This document shows positions 62,004 through 64,000 of a DNA stretch of 64,000 bases, piece by piece; position 1 is the first letter of the stretch, and each line of letters begins with the position of its first letter. Both the position numbers and the translations under genes were made by a program. Source of the DNA: Takakia lepidozioides (lineage: Eukaryota; Plantae; Bryophyta); the NCBI GenBank assembly GCA_030704615.1, contig CM060731.1, positions 4,836,001 to 4,900,000 of the forward strand, written 5' to 3'. The notes under the pieces were generated by a model. The model had not been told where the DNA came from, did no database searches, and was given only the letters and a program-made list of their open reading frames with translations.

Positions 62004-64000
62004 AGAGAGAGAGAGAGAGATTGTACTCATAAGACGTTGTTTGCCGTAGCCTTGTGGCCATTGACCCCGCGCCCAGTTTGAGCGGGAACAAAAGGGACAG
62101 AACCTACCTCTGTCAGGGGCTGACGTTGGTAGTAAGACTTACCTCCATATAAAGAATTAATCCGGGTTTTCCAGATATCCTCTAGAAATCCCTTCACACA
62201 AGCATCAATCTGCTGGGTGTGATTTGCCCAAAAACTAGGCCTCAGGAGGGCCTGGGCTTTTGGCTCAGCCTCGAGACTTTCAAAGTTGGTAAACAGGGGT
62301 ACAGGCACAATTCCCTTAATAGATTTGAAGAGAGCGTCTCTTTGGTGAGAGAACCCCGGACAGTGTATCAGAAAATGAATACTGTCTTCAGATTGCCCAC
62401 ACAACGGGCAATTGCACTCTCCCTTTCCTCTCTGCTTCTGTTTGCTGTTCGAAGGTAGGCTTCCTGCCCTGAGTTTAAATTTCAGTCTAGTGCCGAGAGT
62501 GGGTAGACCCTTGAGGTCATCCAAGATGACCTCCCCCATGTCACAGACTGGAAACAAGTTCAGGGAAGTTTTCTGCCTAACTTCATTTTCATCAGACAAT
62601 CTCATGGCAACAGACATGGCTGAGGACACTACAGCCTCTAAGTCAGATTTATCCTGCAGGGTCAAGACTTGCGGATCCAGGTCCAGGTCCTTGAGGATCT
62701 CTTCTACTCTCTTCTGCCAGGACTTAGCCTGTTTGACAGGGCGGTCCTGTTTCCAAGATATAGAGTCGATTAACTTAGGATATCTGGTGTTGGGCATATG
62801 TTGCAGCTGACCCCACCATCTGACCTTGAATTCATCTCGTCGGGAGCTTAAGGACGGAATGCCAAACTCACCCCGAACAGCCACATTGGCTGTTTTGGAG
62901 CATGCTGACATACACTCCTTAAGCACCCCCACTTGAATGGATTCTAGAGACTTAGCCTGGTTGGAGTTATCAACCCATATAGCAGATCCGTACTCCAAGG
63001 CAGGTCTAATAACGCGACAAAGCATGGTTTTCTTAACCTCAGAGTTGACCCCTCTGCAGTGGAAAAATTTAGTGAGCCCCAGAGCTTTGCCCTTGCCAGT
63101 TTGAACAACTTTCCGGATATGTGCATCCCAATTACAATTGGAGGAGAACTCAACGCCCAGGTAAGTGTAGGAAGTGAGAACCGGGATCTCTTGACTACCC
63201 CACTGCCACTTAAGATCACTTCCTCCCTCTCCTCTGTCGTTGAATTCTACCACTGCACATTTGCTGACATTAGCCTCTAGCCCCCAAAGATCAAAGTATC
63301 TCTTCGCGCAATCAATCAACTCCTGGAGATTGGTTGGAGTCTCCCCTATGCCTGCGAAGTCATCCGCAAACATAAGGGCTGGTATGGTGGTATCACCCAC
63401 CCTTAACCCAAATCCCTCACTTTCCACATCCTCGAGGAGTTGATTGATGAAAACATTGAAGAGCAGAGGGGAGAGAGTACATCCTTGAGCTACACCTTGG
63501 TCTATGTCAAAGAAGTTGGACTTCTGTCCGTTAACAGTGACACAGCTTTTGGTGTGAGCATACAAGTTGTGGACAACTCTCCACATCTTTCCCTTGATCC
63601 CACAAGACCAGAGGCGGAACCATAGGCCATCTCTCCACACTGTGTCATAAGCCTTTTTGACATCCAGGAAAAAGACATAAGTGGGTTTCCCTTCTTTTTT
63701 CCTTCCCTGGATAATCTGGCTTAGAGTGAAGATATGATCCACACAGCCCCTGTTTCGCCGAAAGCCAGCTTGGCCTTCGTGGAAACAACCTCTAGACTCC
63801 AGATCAACCTCGAGACGAGTACTTATAACTCTGCAGAATGTCTTGCCAACAGCATTGAGGAGCGTGATGCCACGGTAGTTCCCCGGTTCTTCTCTGTCAC
63901 CCTTCTTGTATGGATTGACAATGACCCCCTGTCGCCAGCGAAAGGGGATCATTTCAGTCTTCCAGATAAGGTTAAAGAGGAGAACCAGGGCCTCTATCAT
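62004..64000 (-). mobile_element. Non-LTR retrotransposon (RTEX-like LINE), antisense in a NOM1 intron; 5' part outside the window
   Basis: Intact RT ORF followed immediately by a (TC)n tail (GA repeat at 62004-62020 on the + strand). Confidence 0.88.
62027..64000 (-). CDS. LINE ORF2 reverse transcriptase with C-terminal CCHC zinc finger (partial)
   Basis: NYRGITLL, QAGFR, FLDVKKAYD, GVAQG..LSPLLF, LMFADD, YTYLG, LEYGS..W, CPLC..EDSIHFLIHC; 657 aa with no stop. Confidence 0.96.
   Translation of the reverse strand: MIEALVLLFNLIWKTEMIPFRWRQGVIVNPYKKGDREEPGNYRGITLLNAVGKTFCRVISTRLEVDLESRGCFHEGQAGFRRNRGCVDHIFTLSQIIQGRKKEGKPTYVFFLDVKKAYDTVWRDGLWFRLWSCGIKGKMWRVVHNLYAHTKSCVTVNGQKSNFFDIDQGVAQGCTLSPLLFNVFINQLLEDVESEGFGLRVGDTTIPALMFADDFAGIGETPTNLQELIDCAKRYFDLWGLEANVSKCAVVEFNDRGEGGSDLKWQWGSQEIPVLTSYTYLGVEFSSNCNWDAHIRKVVQTGKGKALGLTKFFHCRGVNSEVKKTMLCRVIRPALEYGSAIWVDNSNQAKSLESIQVGVLKECMSACSKTANVAVRGEFGIPSLSSRRDEFKVRWWGQLQHMPNTRYPKLIDSISWKQDRPVKQAKSWQKRVEEILKDLDLDPQVLTLQDKSDLEAVVSSAMSVAMRLSDENEVRQKTSLNLFPVCDMGEVILDDLKGLPTLGTRLKFKLRAGSLPSNSKQKQRGKGECNCPLCGQSEDSIHFLIHCPGFSHQRDALFKSIKGIVPVPLFTNFESLEAEPKAQALLRPSFWANHTQQIDACVKGFLEDIWKTRINSLYGGKSYYQRQPLTEVGSVPFVPAQTGRGVNGHKATANNVL

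Overview
Eukaryotic, intron-containing DNA, most likely from a seed-free land plant. This is inferred from PLS-class PPR fragments, a replitron and bryophyte-type transposase lineages. About 90% of the window is nested transposons. A replitron (HUH endonuclease, - strand) is split inside its HUH motif by a 53,094-bp element (3066-56159) with ~220-235-bp GC-rich TIRs and an exact 7-bp TSD (GAACAAA). With insertions removed, that element is a ~17-kb Mutator-like element carrying a SWIM-MULE transposase, a C2H2/Ulp1-like gene, a zf-XS-like ORF and unknown ORFs. Nested inside it are: two non-autonomous cargo-carrying CACTAs; a large CACTA (TnpD plus a divergent TnpA-like gene containing an FCP1/NIF HAD-phosphatase domain), whose left end was flipped by a ~17.6-kb inversion; and, within that CACTA, a ~13.6-kb second MULE. 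This second MULE pairs a GCM-like/MULE/SWIM transposase head-to-head with a spliced ParB-like + beta-class amino (N4C/N6A) DNA-methyltransferase-like gene, with three arrays built on the palindrome GGAAATTCGGCGCCGAATTTCC. It is the best candidate for an undescribed system. Right of the TE nest lies the host NOM1-like gene (+), with an antisense RTEX-like LINE in an intron. Most TE genes have stops or frameshifts, some of which may be assembly errors. All domain calls come from motif recognition by eye; no database searches were run.
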